A stretch of 64,000 nt of DNA from an uncultured Gammaproteobacteria bacterium (GCA_963711725.1 CAVQFO010000020.1:32770-96769); one strand, 5' to 3'; shown: positions 17,691-29,268, counted from the stretch's first letter. The notes: a model not told the origin generated them from the sequence alone. Program-made: numbers and translations.

Positions 17691-19490
17691 ATGTTTCAGC
17701 AGATCGATCCCGATTCCGAGTATCTGGCCGTCAACGTCCGTCGGCTCGTGCTTCTGCGCTTTCTTGCCGTCGGCGGTCAGATCGCGACCATCGTGGTGAC
17801 GGAGCGGGCGCTGGGCATGCACCTGCCGTGGCTGCCGCTGGCGTGCATTCTCGGTCTGTTGCTCGGCTTCAATCTGCTTACGGCGCGACGACTTCGCCGA
17901 GGTGGGAACGTGTCCATCGCGACCCAGCTCTGGGTGGATTGCATCGCCCTGACGCTGGTGCTGGGCCTGACCGGCGGCGGAACCAATCCTTTCGCATGGT
18001 TGCTTCTGCTGCCGCTGGTGTTTGCGGCCATGACGCTTTCCCGACGGGCGGTGTGGTGGTTCGGCGGCTTCACGGCCGCGTGCTATACGGCCGTGGCCTG
18101 GACTCATGTTCCGCTTCCCGGTATGCACTCCCTGGGCGAGCCGGGCTTCCGCCTGCATGTGTTCGGCATGTGGGTGGGATTCATCGTGTGCTCGGCCACC
18201 ATCGCCTACTTCGTCACCGACATTGCCCAGACTTTGCGCCGCCGGGAACGGGAGCTGGCCGCGGCGCGGGAGCGTGAACTGCGCGACGACCATCTGCTGG
18301 GCGTGGGGATCGTCGCCGCGGGCGCCGCCCATGAGCTCGGCACGCCGCTTTCCACCATGGCCGTTCTGATCCGTGAAATGAGCGAGCGGGCCTGCCTGAA
18401 GGAAGACCCGGATGCCCGTGACGACCTGGCCTTGCTGCGCGGGCAGATCGACCGCTGCAAGCGGGTGTTGTCGGTGCTTTCAGGCGCCGCCTATGAGGAG
18501 GAACAGGAAACGGGGACATCCATGGCGCTGCCCGAGTATCTCAAACGGGTGGTTTGCCAGTGGAAGCGGGGAATGCCCGAGCGCGACGTGCTCGTGGAAT
18601 GCGAGATCGAAGATGCGGAACCGTGCATTCCCGCGAGCCTGGCCTTGACCCAGACCCTGGCCAACCTGCTTCAGAACGCCGCCGAAGCCAGCCGGCAACC
18701 GATTGGCCTGCGAGCGTTTGCTTCCAACGGCCAGGTCGTTCTGGAAGTCCGCGACCGGGGCGCGGGCCCGGCAGCCATTGGCGATCCGCACCGGCCGGTA
18801 CGCAGTGCAAAGGGGCCTGGGCGCGGTCTCGGCCTGTATTTGTCCAACGCCTTGATCGAGCGTCTGGGCGGTCGCCTTGAGTTCGACTCCGCCGTCGGCG
18901 GCGGGACCGTTGCCCGCATCACGTTGCCGCTGCGGTCGCGGGGGCGGTTTCCAGTCATGCCGCCTGAGAACGTGCTGATTGTCGACGACGACCCGGTGTT
19001 CTGCCGGGTGCTGGCGCGGGCGCTGGATCGCCGTGGGTATCGCGTCGCCCAGGCCCAAAACCTGGCCGATGCCCGGGCAGCACTCAAGACGACAATGCCG
19101 GGCTATATGGTCCTGGATCTGAGGCTGGACGAAGAATCGGGTCTGGAGATAATCGACGAGGCGTTGAATGCCGTCCCCGAGATGGAGATCGTCGTGCTCA
19201 CCGGGTTCGCCAGCATCGCCACCGCCGTGGAAGCGATCAAGCGGGGCGCGCGCGACTATCTTGCCAAGCCGGCCGATGCCGACGAAATCCTGGCGGCCCT
19301 GACCGCCGCGCCTCGGGAATCAAAGGCGTCCATCCCCGAGCACCCGCCGTCGGTCCGAAAACTCGAGTGGGAACACATTCAGCGCGTGCTCCAGCAGCAC
19401 GGCGGCAACATCTCGGCCACCGCCCGCGCCCTGAACATGCATCGCCGTACCTTGCAGCGGAAACTGGGCAAGAAGCCGGTGCGGGACTGA
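17691..19490 (+). CDS. RegB/PrrB-type redox sensor kinase fused in frame to a RegA/PrrA-type response regulator, as the sequence stands
   Basis: RegB hallmarks: quinone-site heptapeptide GGGTNPF, H-box AAGAAHELGTPLS, ATPase G-boxes. From M at 18957: receiver LIVDDDPVF..VLDLRLDEESG..KP, and the near-invariant RegA HTH ISATARALNMHRRTLQRKL. There is no stop between the two parts. The track start 17628 is possible; ATG 17691 (MFQQIDPD) is preferred. Confidence 0.7.
   Translation: MFQQIDPDSEYLAVNVRRLVLLRFLAVGGQIATIVVTERALGMHLPWLPLACILGLLLGFNLLTARRLRRGGNVSIATQLWVDCIALTLVLGLTGGGTNPFAWLLLLPLVFAAMTLSRRAVWWFGGFTAACYTAVAWTHVPLPGMHSLGEPGFRLHVFGMWVGFIVCSATIAYFVTDIAQTLRRRERELAAARERELRDDHLLGVGIVAAGAAHELGTPLSTMAVLIREMSERACLKEDPDARDDLALLRGQIDRCKRVLSVLSGAAYEEEQETGTSMALPEYLKRVVCQWKRGMPERDVLVECEIEDAEPCIPASLALTQTLANLLQNAAEASRQPIGLRAFASNGQVVLEVRDRGAGPAAIGDPHRPVRSAKGPGRGLGLYLSNALIERLGGRLEFDSAVGGGTVARITLPLRSRGRFPVMPPENVLIVDDDPVFCRVLARALDRRGYRVAQAQNLADARAALKTTMPGYMVLDLRLDEESGLEIIDEALNAVPEMEIVVLTGFASIATAVEAIKRGARDYLAKPADADEILAALTAAPRESKASIPEHPPSVRKLEWEHIQRVLQQHGGNISATARALNMHRRTLQRKLGKKPVRD
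18957..19490 (+). CDS. regA: RegA/PrrA/ActR-type response regulator (alternative model as a separate gene)
   Basis: ATG 18957 gives a 177-aa protein of normal RegA size. A +/-1 change in the G5 run at 18940-18944 would terminate regB at TGA 18965-18967 or 18976-18978, giving the usual overlapping two-gene arrangement. Confidence 0.45.
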   Translation: MPPENVLIVDDDPVFCRVLARALDRRGYRVAQAQNLADARAALKTTMPGYMVLDLRLDEESGLEIIDEALNAVPEMEIVVLTGFASIATAVEAIKRGARDYLAKPADADEILAALTAAPRESKASIPEHPPSVRKLEWEHIQRVLQQHGGNISATARALNMHRRTLQRKLGKKPVRD

Positions 19491-19886
19491 CCTTCTTGGG
19501 CAATGGAGCCTGCATTTGCGGGGGGCTTTGCGCCCTTGCAGGGAGACGGGCCGGGGGCAAAAGGGGCAAGCAGATGCCAGATGAAGATCCGCGTCCCGTT
19601 AATACCGCGCGCCCGTGCGCCCTAGTTTCCATGCTTTCCCATTCTCGCCCGGGGTCCGCATTTCGATGTTCAGCGCGCAGTTTGGGCTGACGAAGGAAGC
19701 CCAGTGCCCGCTTTCGTTCAGGTGCCACATTTCCGGAATTGCTGCCAAACGCCTCCTCACCACACGGTGCCCCTGGCAAGACGCAAACGCAACGCATGGC
19801 GCTTCTTCTTCCCTGGCGGGCATTGTCCAAAAATGTTGGGCTTCCCGCGTCAGCGCAACCTACGCAGGCTTAGCCGCTCTGGGTAC

Positions 19887-19949
19887 GTAGGGTGGGCGCA
19901 GCCGCTACGCTGTACATCGCGAAATCCGCGTGGGCTTCGCCCACCCTAC
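19887..19949. repeat. REP family B hairpin (GTAGGGTGGGCG ... CGCCCACCCTAC)
   Basis: 12-bp arms at 19887-19898 and 19938-19949. Related copies at 16280-16301 and 29238-29268. Confidence 0.7.
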
Positions 19950-19960
19950 ACATTCTGTTT

Positions 19961-21298
19961 TCAGTACAACCCCCCAAGCTTCCCCATCCGCCGCGGACTC
20001 TCCGTCAGCCCCAACAACGTCCGTACCGCCGTACTGTCTTCCGCGGTACATACCGCATCCGCCAGCGCGTGGGCGGTATCCATGTTGACGCGCTCCAGTG
20101 CCTGCGCGAGATAGGGAATCAGGTGAGGTTCCACCGAGAAGGCCCGGAATCCCATTCCCAGCAATACCGGAAGCATGCCCGGCACTTTCGGGAGGAAGCC
20201 GCATAGCTGAATGTCGCCGACCTGGTCGCCGGCCTGGTCGGCGACGGTATGGAGGAACCGATGCAATACCGGGGCGTAGGGGTCCAGGTAATGGGCCACC
20301 GCTTCGTTGTCGCGGTCGGCGCCGAAGAGGCACTGCATGAGATCGTTGCAGCCGATGGAGACGAAGTCGGCTTCCGCCAGCCAGTCGCGGATGGACAGGG
20401 CGGCGGCCGGTGTTTCGGCCATGGCGCCGATGGGCAGGGGGTTCGGCGAGGCGCGTTCGATTTCGTAGCGCCAGCGATGGAATTCCTCCGGGAAGACCAC
20501 GTAGGGGACGAGGGCGGAGACATCGTAATCCTGGGCGAGGCGGCCTAGGACGCGAACCTGGGCGCGGAAGGCCGACCGTACCGGCTCGGTGTCGTAGAGA
20601 CGCGAGCCTTGCAGCCCGAGCAGGCCGTCCATGCCTTCAATTTGCGGTACCCAGTCCGGATGTTTGTCACTGGAGAGGTCCAGCAGCCGGAAACGGACAG
20701 GCAGAGGATGGGCGGCCTCGCAGATCTTGCGGAATGCGTCTTCGTAGTAAGCCTCGTCGGGCACGGACCCGTCTTCCGGAGCGATGTATTCGGAGCGCAC
20801 GATGCCGATGGCGCTGGCCCCGTGGCTGAGGGCTTCCCGGGCCTCGGCGGGTTGATCGATGCTGGCGCGGAGTTGGACCGGCTCGCGGTCGACGGTGTAG
20901 TAGGACTCACCGTAGCGGCTGGGCGTGGTGGGCTCCGGGCTTTCCTCGTACTGAGCCTGATCCGGCGAATAAACCAGTCCGTGGGCTCCGTCCAGGATGA
21001 CCTCTTCGCCGGGTTTCAGGTCGGCGGCCTGGTCCGGGGTAATGACCACCATGGGGATGCCCAGGGCGAGGAGGTGCAGCATGGGGTGCGAGAGGGGCGC
21101 GCCTCCGACCAGGATCAGCCCTTCCGGGCGGAAATCAAGAGGCTTGAGTTCGCGCTGATACAGCACCAGCACTTCCCCTTCGCGGGCGTCTCCCAGGCCC
21201 ACACAAAGCGGGCCCCGAGCGCGGCCCGGCCCGAAGGGCATACCATGGATTCGGATCATGATCGGCCGGCTCCACCCATCCAGCGTCACCTCCATCAT
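19961..21298 (-). CDS. PEP-utilising enzyme family protein (mobile His domain plus PEP-binding TIM barrel, no HPr-binding/ATP-grasp N-domain)
   Basis: Start ATGATG at 21298. ..LILVGGAPLSHPMLHLLALGIPMVV.. is the swivel His domain; ..IGAMAETPAA..DFVSIGCNDLMQCL.. is the PEP-utilizer C-terminal signature. The track ORF to 21853 overlaps the MAPEG gene and is over-extended. Confidence 0.7.
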   Translation of the reverse strand: MMEVTLDGWSRPIMIRIHGMPFGPGRARGPLCVGLGDAREGEVLVLYQRELKPLDFRPEGLILVGGAPLSHPMLHLLALGIPMVVITPDQAADLKPGEEVILDGAHGLVYSPDQAQYEESPEPTTPSRYGESYYTVDREPVQLRASIDQPAEAREALSHGASAIGIVRSEYIAPEDGSVPDEAYYEDAFRKICEAAHPLPVRFRLLDLSSDKHPDWVPQIEGMDGLLGLQGSRLYDTEPVRSAFRAQVRVLGRLAQDYDVSALVPYVVFPEEFHRWRYEIERASPNPLPIGAMAETPAAALSIRDWLAEADFVSIGCNDLMQCLFGADRDNEAVAHYLDPYAPVLHRFLHTVADQAGDQVGDIQLCGFLPKVPGMLPVLLGMGFRAFSVEPHLIPYLAQALERVNMDTAHALADAVCTAEDSTAVRTLLGLTESPRRMGKLGGLY

Positions 21299-21415
21299 GA
21301 GAATCCCGGAGCCCGGCTGCAAGGGTTGTTGTGTCGCTGTAGGCGCGTTTTGGTCCGCACCGGCATTGTGGACTAGGCTTACAGCTTGATTAACCAATAA
21401 AAAAAGGAGTAGCGA

Positions 21416-21808
21416 ATGAATACGGATCTGACCTATCTCGCCCTGGTGACTGCTCTGACCGGCCTGATCTGGATTCCCTACGTTCTCGAGCGAATGGCGT
21501 CCCGCGGAATCACGGATACCGTCGGCTATCCGGAAGATCCCAAGCCGCAGGCGCCCTGGGCGGTGCGGATGCAGGCGGCTCATCGTAACGCCGTTGAGAA
21601 TCTGGTGGTGTTCGCCGCGTTGGTGCTCGTGGCCCACATGGCGGGGATCAGCAACGAAGCCACTGCCAGCGCCGCGATGATCTATTTCTGGGCCCGGGTG
21701 GTGCATGTGCTGGCGCACACGTTCAAAGTGCCGTGGATTCGGACGCTGGCATTTGTCGTGGGATTTGCGTGCCAGTTTGTTGTGGGTTGGCAGATTCTGA
21801 TTGGGTGA
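21416..21808 (+). CDS. MAPEG family membrane protein
   Basis: 130 aa with 3-4 TM segments. ..RMQAAHRNAVENLVVFAALVLVA.. is a typical MAPEG motif. Strong RBS AAGGAG lies 6 nt upstream. Confidence 0.7.
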   Translation: MNTDLTYLALVTALTGLIWIPYVLERMASRGITDTVGYPEDPKPQAPWAVRMQAAHRNAVENLVVFAALVLVAHMAGISNEATASAAMIYFWARVVHVLAHTFKVPWIRTLAFVVGFACQFVVGWQILIG

Positions 21809-21876
21809 GGGAATACTTAAACCACCAAGAGCGCGAAGGCTAAGAAGAAGCAAGCAGGCTCTTTGGGTTGATTTTT

Positions 21877-21987
21877 CTCCCCCTCGCCCCCCGGCCCCTT
21901 TCCCGCCAGGGGCGAGGGGAGGCTGTCACCGAGCCCTGGTTGGGGAATCCCCTCTCCCCTCCGTGGGAGAGGGCCAGGGAGAGGGGG
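21877..21987. repeat. REP family E repeats
   Basis: ctccccctcgcccc..ggggcgaggggagg and cccctctcccctccgtgggagagggccagggagaggggg; same family as 7405-7509. Confidence 0.7.
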
Positions 21988-22014
21988 ATAGAGTGCGGCG
22001 GAGCCGCGTGCATT

Positions 22015-22040
22015 GTCGGATTACGCTTCGCTAATCCGAC
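22015..22040. repeat. REP family A hairpin (GTCGGATTACGC..GCTAATCCGAC)
   Basis: 9-bp stem gtcggatta/taatccgac. Near-identical copy at 28621-28646 and a degenerate copy at 50744-50770. Confidence 0.75.
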
Positions 22041-22065
22041 CTACATCATCCCTGCAGTCTTAATG

Positions 22066-22129
22066 CTCTTCGTGTCCTTCGTGGTTTAGCGCTGCGCCAT
22101 TCGTTCGCGGCGGCGAGCGCCGCTCCTAC
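22066..22129. repeat. Family D repeat, half copy (CTTCGTG..CTTCGTGG plus TTCGCGGCGnnGAGCGCCGCTCCTAC)
   Basis: ctcttcgtgtccttcgtgg and cattcgttcgcggcggcgagcgccgctcctac; the same modules occur at 32830-33020, 43035-43262, 50701-50896 and 52709-52882. Confidence 0.7.
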
Positions 22130-22132
22130 CTG

Positions 22133-25771
<3,639 letters not shown>

Positions 25772-25792
25772 GGCGGACTATTATACGGGCAC

Positions 25793-25818
25793 AAAAAAGG
25801 GCCGGCTTGCGCCAGCCC
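25793..25818 (-). terminator. Rho-independent terminator downstream of hsp20
   Basis: Minus-strand RNA GGGCUGGC-GCAA-GCCGGCCC (8-bp stem with one G-U pair, GNRA loop), followed by UUUUUU. Confidence 0.7.
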
Positions 25819-25822
25819 AGCT

Positions 25823-25874
25823 AGGGAGACGGTGATCCATTCACACGGCCGTGTGAATGGATCACCGTCTCCCT
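25823..25874. repeat. Perfect 52-nt palindrome (26-bp arms, no loop)
   Basis: agggagacggtgatccattcacacgg is immediately followed by its exact reverse complement. It lies between the hsp20 stop (25894) and the terminator. No second copy was seen in the window. Confidence 0.85.
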
Positions 25875-25893
25875 TAGGGGGGGTTGAGAAAGA

Positions 25894-26334
25894 TCAGCCT
25901 TCCACGGTGATTCGTCTGGGTTTGGCCGCCGCGCCCTTGGGAATACTGACCTCCAGTACCCCATTCTTGGATGCGGCGCTAACTTTCTCCGCGTCCGCCG
26001 TGTCGGGCAGGCTGAAGCGGCGCATGAAGGTGCCGCGCACCCGTTCAACACGGCGGTATTTCTCCGATTCTTCCTTGGACTCCTGGCGGCGTTCGCCGCG
26101 GATGGTCAAAACGCCGTTCTCCAGGGTGACTTCGATGTCCTTGGGGTCGACACCGGGGATGTCGGCGGTGACCACGTAGCGGTCATCTTCTTCGCGAATA
26201 TCTGCGGCCGGTGCCCAGTCGCGGATCAGGGTGCTGCCGTTCTCGTCCTGGGCGGGGCCCACGTCGAACAGCCGATTGATCTCCCGCTGAAGCTGACCCA
26301 GCGTGCCCATGGGTTCACGGGGAATCAATGCCAT
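25894..26334 (-). CDS. ibpA: Small heat-shock protein, Hsp20/alpha-crystallin family
   Basis: ..WAPAADIREEDDRYVVTADIPGVDPKDIEVTLENGVLTIRGER..FMRRFSLPD..ASKNGVLEVSIPK. ATG 26334 lies 8 nt after GGAGG; the track start 26343 overlaps the SD. Confidence 0.85.
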   Translation of the reverse strand: MALIPREPMGTLGQLQREINRLFDVGPAQDENGSTLIRDWAPAADIREEDDRYVVTADIPGVDPKDIEVTLENGVLTIRGERRQESKEESEKYRRVERVRGTFMRRFSLPDTADAEKVSAASKNGVLEVSIPKGAAAKPRRITVEG

Positions 26335-26376
26335 TTCCATCACCTCCGTAACAGAAGTTGTTTAAGGGTTATTTCC

Positions 26377-26406
26377 TAAATTGGATACGCCGGGAGCGAT
26401 TTCAAG
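26377..26406 (-). promoter_or_regulatory. Candidate sigma-32 (RpoH) heat-shock promoter of hsp20
   Basis: Minus strand CTTGAAA-N14-TCCAATTT compared with consensus CTTGAAA-N13-15-CCCCATNT. It sits about 40 nt upstream of the start codon. Confidence 0.5.
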
Positions 26407-26608
26407 ATCCCTCTGTGCACCACCTCTGTGAAATTCCAAATCAGTGTTCCTAGGCGGAAAAACAGGTGGTGGACCACATTTCGGAGGATTCGGGGTTGAC
26501 CGCGTTGAACGCCGCCAGTATGAGTAGAAGCTCGGGCTTTTTCCGCTGCCGCAGGGCGGTGTGCCGATGCCTGGAACGCTTTAAAACCTAGAATAATAAG
26601 GAATCTCC

Positions 26609-27490
26609 GTGACCGAGACGGATAAAGACGCCGACAAACCGCGCGTGCTGGTGGTCGACGACTCCAGGCTCATGCGTTTTTCCGCCAAGAAGATTCTCAC
26701 TGAGGGCTTCGATGTTGTCCTCGCCGAGGATGGTGAGCAGGCCTGGGACTGCATTCGAGGCGACGATACCCTGCAGGTGGTCTTTCTGGATTTGTCCATG
26801 CCGGTGTTGGACGGTTTCGGGTTGCTTGAGCGAATTCGCACCTCCGACGAGGATCGGATCAACAGTCTTCCGGTAATCATCGTGACCGGCAACGAGGGCG
26901 AGGACGCCCGCGAACAGGTGCTGGAACGGGGTGCGACGGATTTCATCACCAAGCCCTTCGATTCGGTACAACTGCGGGCACGAGCGACGGCCCACGCCAC
27001 CTCCCGGATCACCACGACCAAGCTGCAGGCCCGGAGTCACATCGACTCCGTTACCGATCTCCACAGCCCCAACTACTTCTCGGAGAAGCTGGAGAAGGAT
27101 CGTGCATTTGCGGCGCGCCACGGCCATGCGTTGACCGTGGTGATCGTGGAATTGGAGGGTTTCAGAGACCTGTTCCTGGAGCACGGCAAAAACGTGGCCA
27201 ACGCGGTCCTGAAGCGGGTTGCCGATCTGATCCGCCAGTCCGTGCGTCAGGAGGATACCGCTGCGCGCATCGGCCTGGCGCGGTTCGCCGTGTCACTGCC
27301 CATGGCGGGAGAGGCCGGCGGCCAGCGCCTGGTGGAACGCTTGATCGGTCAGCTGGAGCGCACCCGCTTTACGGTGCGCAAGAAGCCGTTGCCCGTGCGT
27401 GTCCGGACGGCGTTCGCGGTGCCGCCGGCGGATGCGACGCTATCTGCCAAAGAGATTCTGCAAGCGGCGGAACGAGAGCTGGAAGGCTAG
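26609..27490 (+). CDS. Response regulator: receiver domain plus degenerate GGDEF domain (GGDEF replaced by GLARF, RxxD I-site retained)
   Basis: GTG start. VLVVDDS..FLDLSMPVLDG..TKP receiver. DSVTDLHSPNYF...RQEDTAARIGLARFAVSLP aligns to D-x-LTGL-x-NR...RxxD-x4-R-x-GGDEF-xx-LP. Confidence 0.8.
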   Translation: MTETDKDADKPRVLVVDDSRLMRFSAKKILTEGFDVVLAEDGEQAWDCIRGDDTLQVVFLDLSMPVLDGFGLLERIRTSDEDRINSLPVIIVTGNEGEDAREQVLERGATDFITKPFDSVQLRARATAHATSRITTTKLQARSHIDSVTDLHSPNYFSEKLEKDRAFAARHGHALTVVIVELEGFRDLFLEHGKNVANAVLKRVADLIRQSVRQEDTAARIGLARFAVSLPMAGEAGGQRLVERLIGQLERTRFTVRKKPLPVRVRTAFAVPPADATLSAKEILQAAERELEG

Positions 27491-27596
27491 CGGGAATCAC
27501 CGGGCCCAAGATCATCGACGGCTGACGGCAAAGGAGCGGCGAGTCGGGGTCACCGGCGCCCCGGCTCCCATCTCCAGGTCCGGCGGGGGAGCGGAT

Positions 27597-27803
27597 TCAG
27601 GCGGTGGTATTGATGTGAAGGCCGATGCGCGGATTGCCGGATTGCGTCGCCGCCGGCTGAGCCGCGGGCAGGGAATTCAGCAGCTGACTGGCGGTGGAGG
27701 CCTGTTGATCCAGAGCCTTTCGCAGCACGCTGATCGTTACCGCATCGCCGTTCACCTGGCTGGTATTGGCGATGCTGGTCATCAGGTTGTTGTTGATCAT
27801 CAT
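27597..27803 (-). CDS. YjfB-family putative motility protein
   Basis: MMINNNLMTSIANTSQVNGDAVTISVLRKALDQQASTASQLLNSL.. matches the YjfB pattern (..VS..VLKKALD.Q...A..LL). ATG 27803 lies 8 nt after GGAGG. Confidence 0.6.
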   Translation of the reverse strand: MMINNNLMTSIANTSQVNGDAVTISVLRKALDQQASTASQLLNSLPAAQPAATQSGNPRIGLHINTTA

Positions 27804-27921
27804 GACCCGCACCTCCGCGAGAATATGTTCAACGTCCCATATTACTCAATACACGTTATCGCGGTTGGCGGAGCGGCGGTGTGAACCGCTTTGCGTTTTG
27901 CCGATCCCGGCGAGGGCGCTC

Positions 27922-28599
27922 ATGACGGACCTGATCTTGTACGAACTGGCGGGGGCGGGTGACATCCGCTTCAGTCCCTACTGTTGGCGATCGCGGTTCG
28001 CCCTGGCCCACAAGGGGCTGGAGGCGGAGTTTGTACCGTGCCGATATACCGAGAAGGAGCGCATCGCCTTCAGCGGGCAGGAAAAGCTCCCGGTTTTGGT
28101 GGACGGCGAGACGGTGGTGAGCGATTCCTGGGAGATCGCCTGCTACTTGGAAGACACCTACCCCGACCGCCCGCTGCTTTTCCCCGAATCCATGGACCGG
28201 GAACGCACCCGGGCTCTCAACGAGTGGGCCGATAAACGGCTCAACGCCACGCTGATCCGCCTGGTGATCGGCGACGTATTCGCCCATGTCGACCCCGCAG
28301 ACCGGGATTATTTTCGCCGCACCCGTGAAGAGCGCTTCGGAGCCGCGATTGAAGAGATGGAAGTGGAGCGTGACAAGTATCTCCCGGTCCTGAACGCCGT
28401 GCTTGACCCGCTGCGCAGCAGTCTGCGCGAACACCCGTTCCTCAGCGGTGAGGCACCGGCCTATGCGGATTTCATCGTGGCCGGGTCGTTGCAGTGGGTC
28501 CGCCAGCTGGGGGCGCGCGCGTTGATCGCCGATGACGATCCCATCGCCGAGTGGCGGGAACGCATGTGGGAGTTGTTCGGGCGCATGGGGCGGGAGTGA
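27922..28599 (+). CDS. Glutathione S-transferase family protein
   Basis: MTDLILYELAG..RFSPYCWRSRFALAHKGLE..LPVLVDGETVVSDSWEIACYLED is a thioredoxin-like GST N-domain, followed by a helical C-domain. The track start 27766 is over-extended. Confidence 0.75.
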   Translation: MTDLILYELAGAGDIRFSPYCWRSRFALAHKGLEAEFVPCRYTEKERIAFSGQEKLPVLVDGETVVSDSWEIACYLEDTYPDRPLLFPESMDRERTRALNEWADKRLNATLIRLVIGDVFAHVDPADRDYFRRTREERFGAAIEEMEVERDKYLPVLNAVLDPLRSSLREHPFLSGEAPAYADFIVAGSLQWVRQLGARALIADDDPIAEWRERMWELFGRMGRE

Positions 28600-28620
28600 G
28601 GGTTGCGGCTTCGCCGGATT

Positions 28621-28646
28621 GTCGGATTACGCTGCGCTAATCCGAC
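28621..28646. repeat. REP family A hairpin
   Basis: gtcggattacgctgcgctaatccgac; it differs from the copy at 22015-22040 by one loop base. Confidence 0.75.
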
Positions 28647-28742
28647 CGACATTGCATGGGATAGCTTTGTGCCGCTTTGCGGCGATGAATTGGTCGGGGC
28701 TTTCGCGCCCCTGCGACGAGTTCATTTTGTTTACTCGCCCCA

Positions 28743-29015
28743 GGGGAGCTCGAAGCCCTTGTACGCAGCCGCGCTCAGGTCTGTTTTGGGCATCTGGGTA
28801 GGCGCGACGGCGGTCGCGTAGCAGGGGCTACGGGGCCGGTGCCGCAACACCGCCAGGGGCCAAAACAGGGCTGAGCCCTGCGGGTTACGGCCTGAGAAGC
28901 CAGCCTGGGGTGTTGCACCGCTTGGCCGTAGAGTGTGCTACGGCGCTGCGCGGCGCGCCTACCATGCTGGCTTCTCAGGCCGTAACGCGGCTGCGTACAA
29001 GGGCTTCGGGCTCCC
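28743..29015. repeat. 273-bp nested inverted-repeat (MITE-like) element
   Basis: Outer arms ggggagctcgaagcccttgtacgcagccgcg (28743-28773) and cgcggctgcgtacaagggcttcgggctcccc (28986-29015), with one mismatch. Inner arms gttacggcctgagaagccagc (28884-28904) and gctggcttctcaggccgtaac (28966-28986). Confidence 0.7.
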
Positions 29016-29075
29016 CACAAAACGAACCAAAAGAAACCGCGCCCGTCCACGTCGCCCTTCGGGTTCCCTGCGCGC

Positions 29076-29181
29076 GGGCACGAATGAAGGCGGTGGGCCT
29101 ACAGCACGTCCGTGTGCTGGAGGCCCACGCGGGCGATCCCTCGCCCGCCCCCTCTGGGGCTTGGACCTTCATTCGTCCCCG
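29076..29181. repeat. Nested hairpin repeat
   Basis: gggcacgaatgaagg pairs with ccttcattcgtcccc; inner pair gtgggcctacagcac with gtgctggaggcccac. Confidence 0.6.
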
Positions 29182-29237
29182 TGCTCGGCGCCGTCACGGG
29201 GTTTGTGGTGCCAAATCCACCCTAGGTGCTATCCAAT

Positions 29238-29268
29238 GTAGGGTGGGTAGAGCGCAGCGAAACCCACC
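29238..29268. repeat. REP family B hairpin
   Basis: gtagggtgggtagagcgcagcgaaacccacc. Confidence 0.65.

Noticed and set aside
19599-19823. 74-aa minus-strand ORF (..IPEMWHLNESGHWASFVSPNC..) as a real gene
   Set aside because: It has no RBS, I recognise no family, and its N-terminus is Arg-rich. It is kept only as a possible gene remnant under the 19491-21298 finding.
25781-25786. Perfect TATAAT 8 nt upstream of the 5-oxoprolinase ATG, and another at 30839-30844 overlapping the first dinB ATG
   Set aside because: No acceptable -35 or extended -10 element accompanies either. They would imply leaderless transcripts, which I cannot support from sequence alone. No LexA (CTGT-N8-ACAG) box was found upstream of dinB either.
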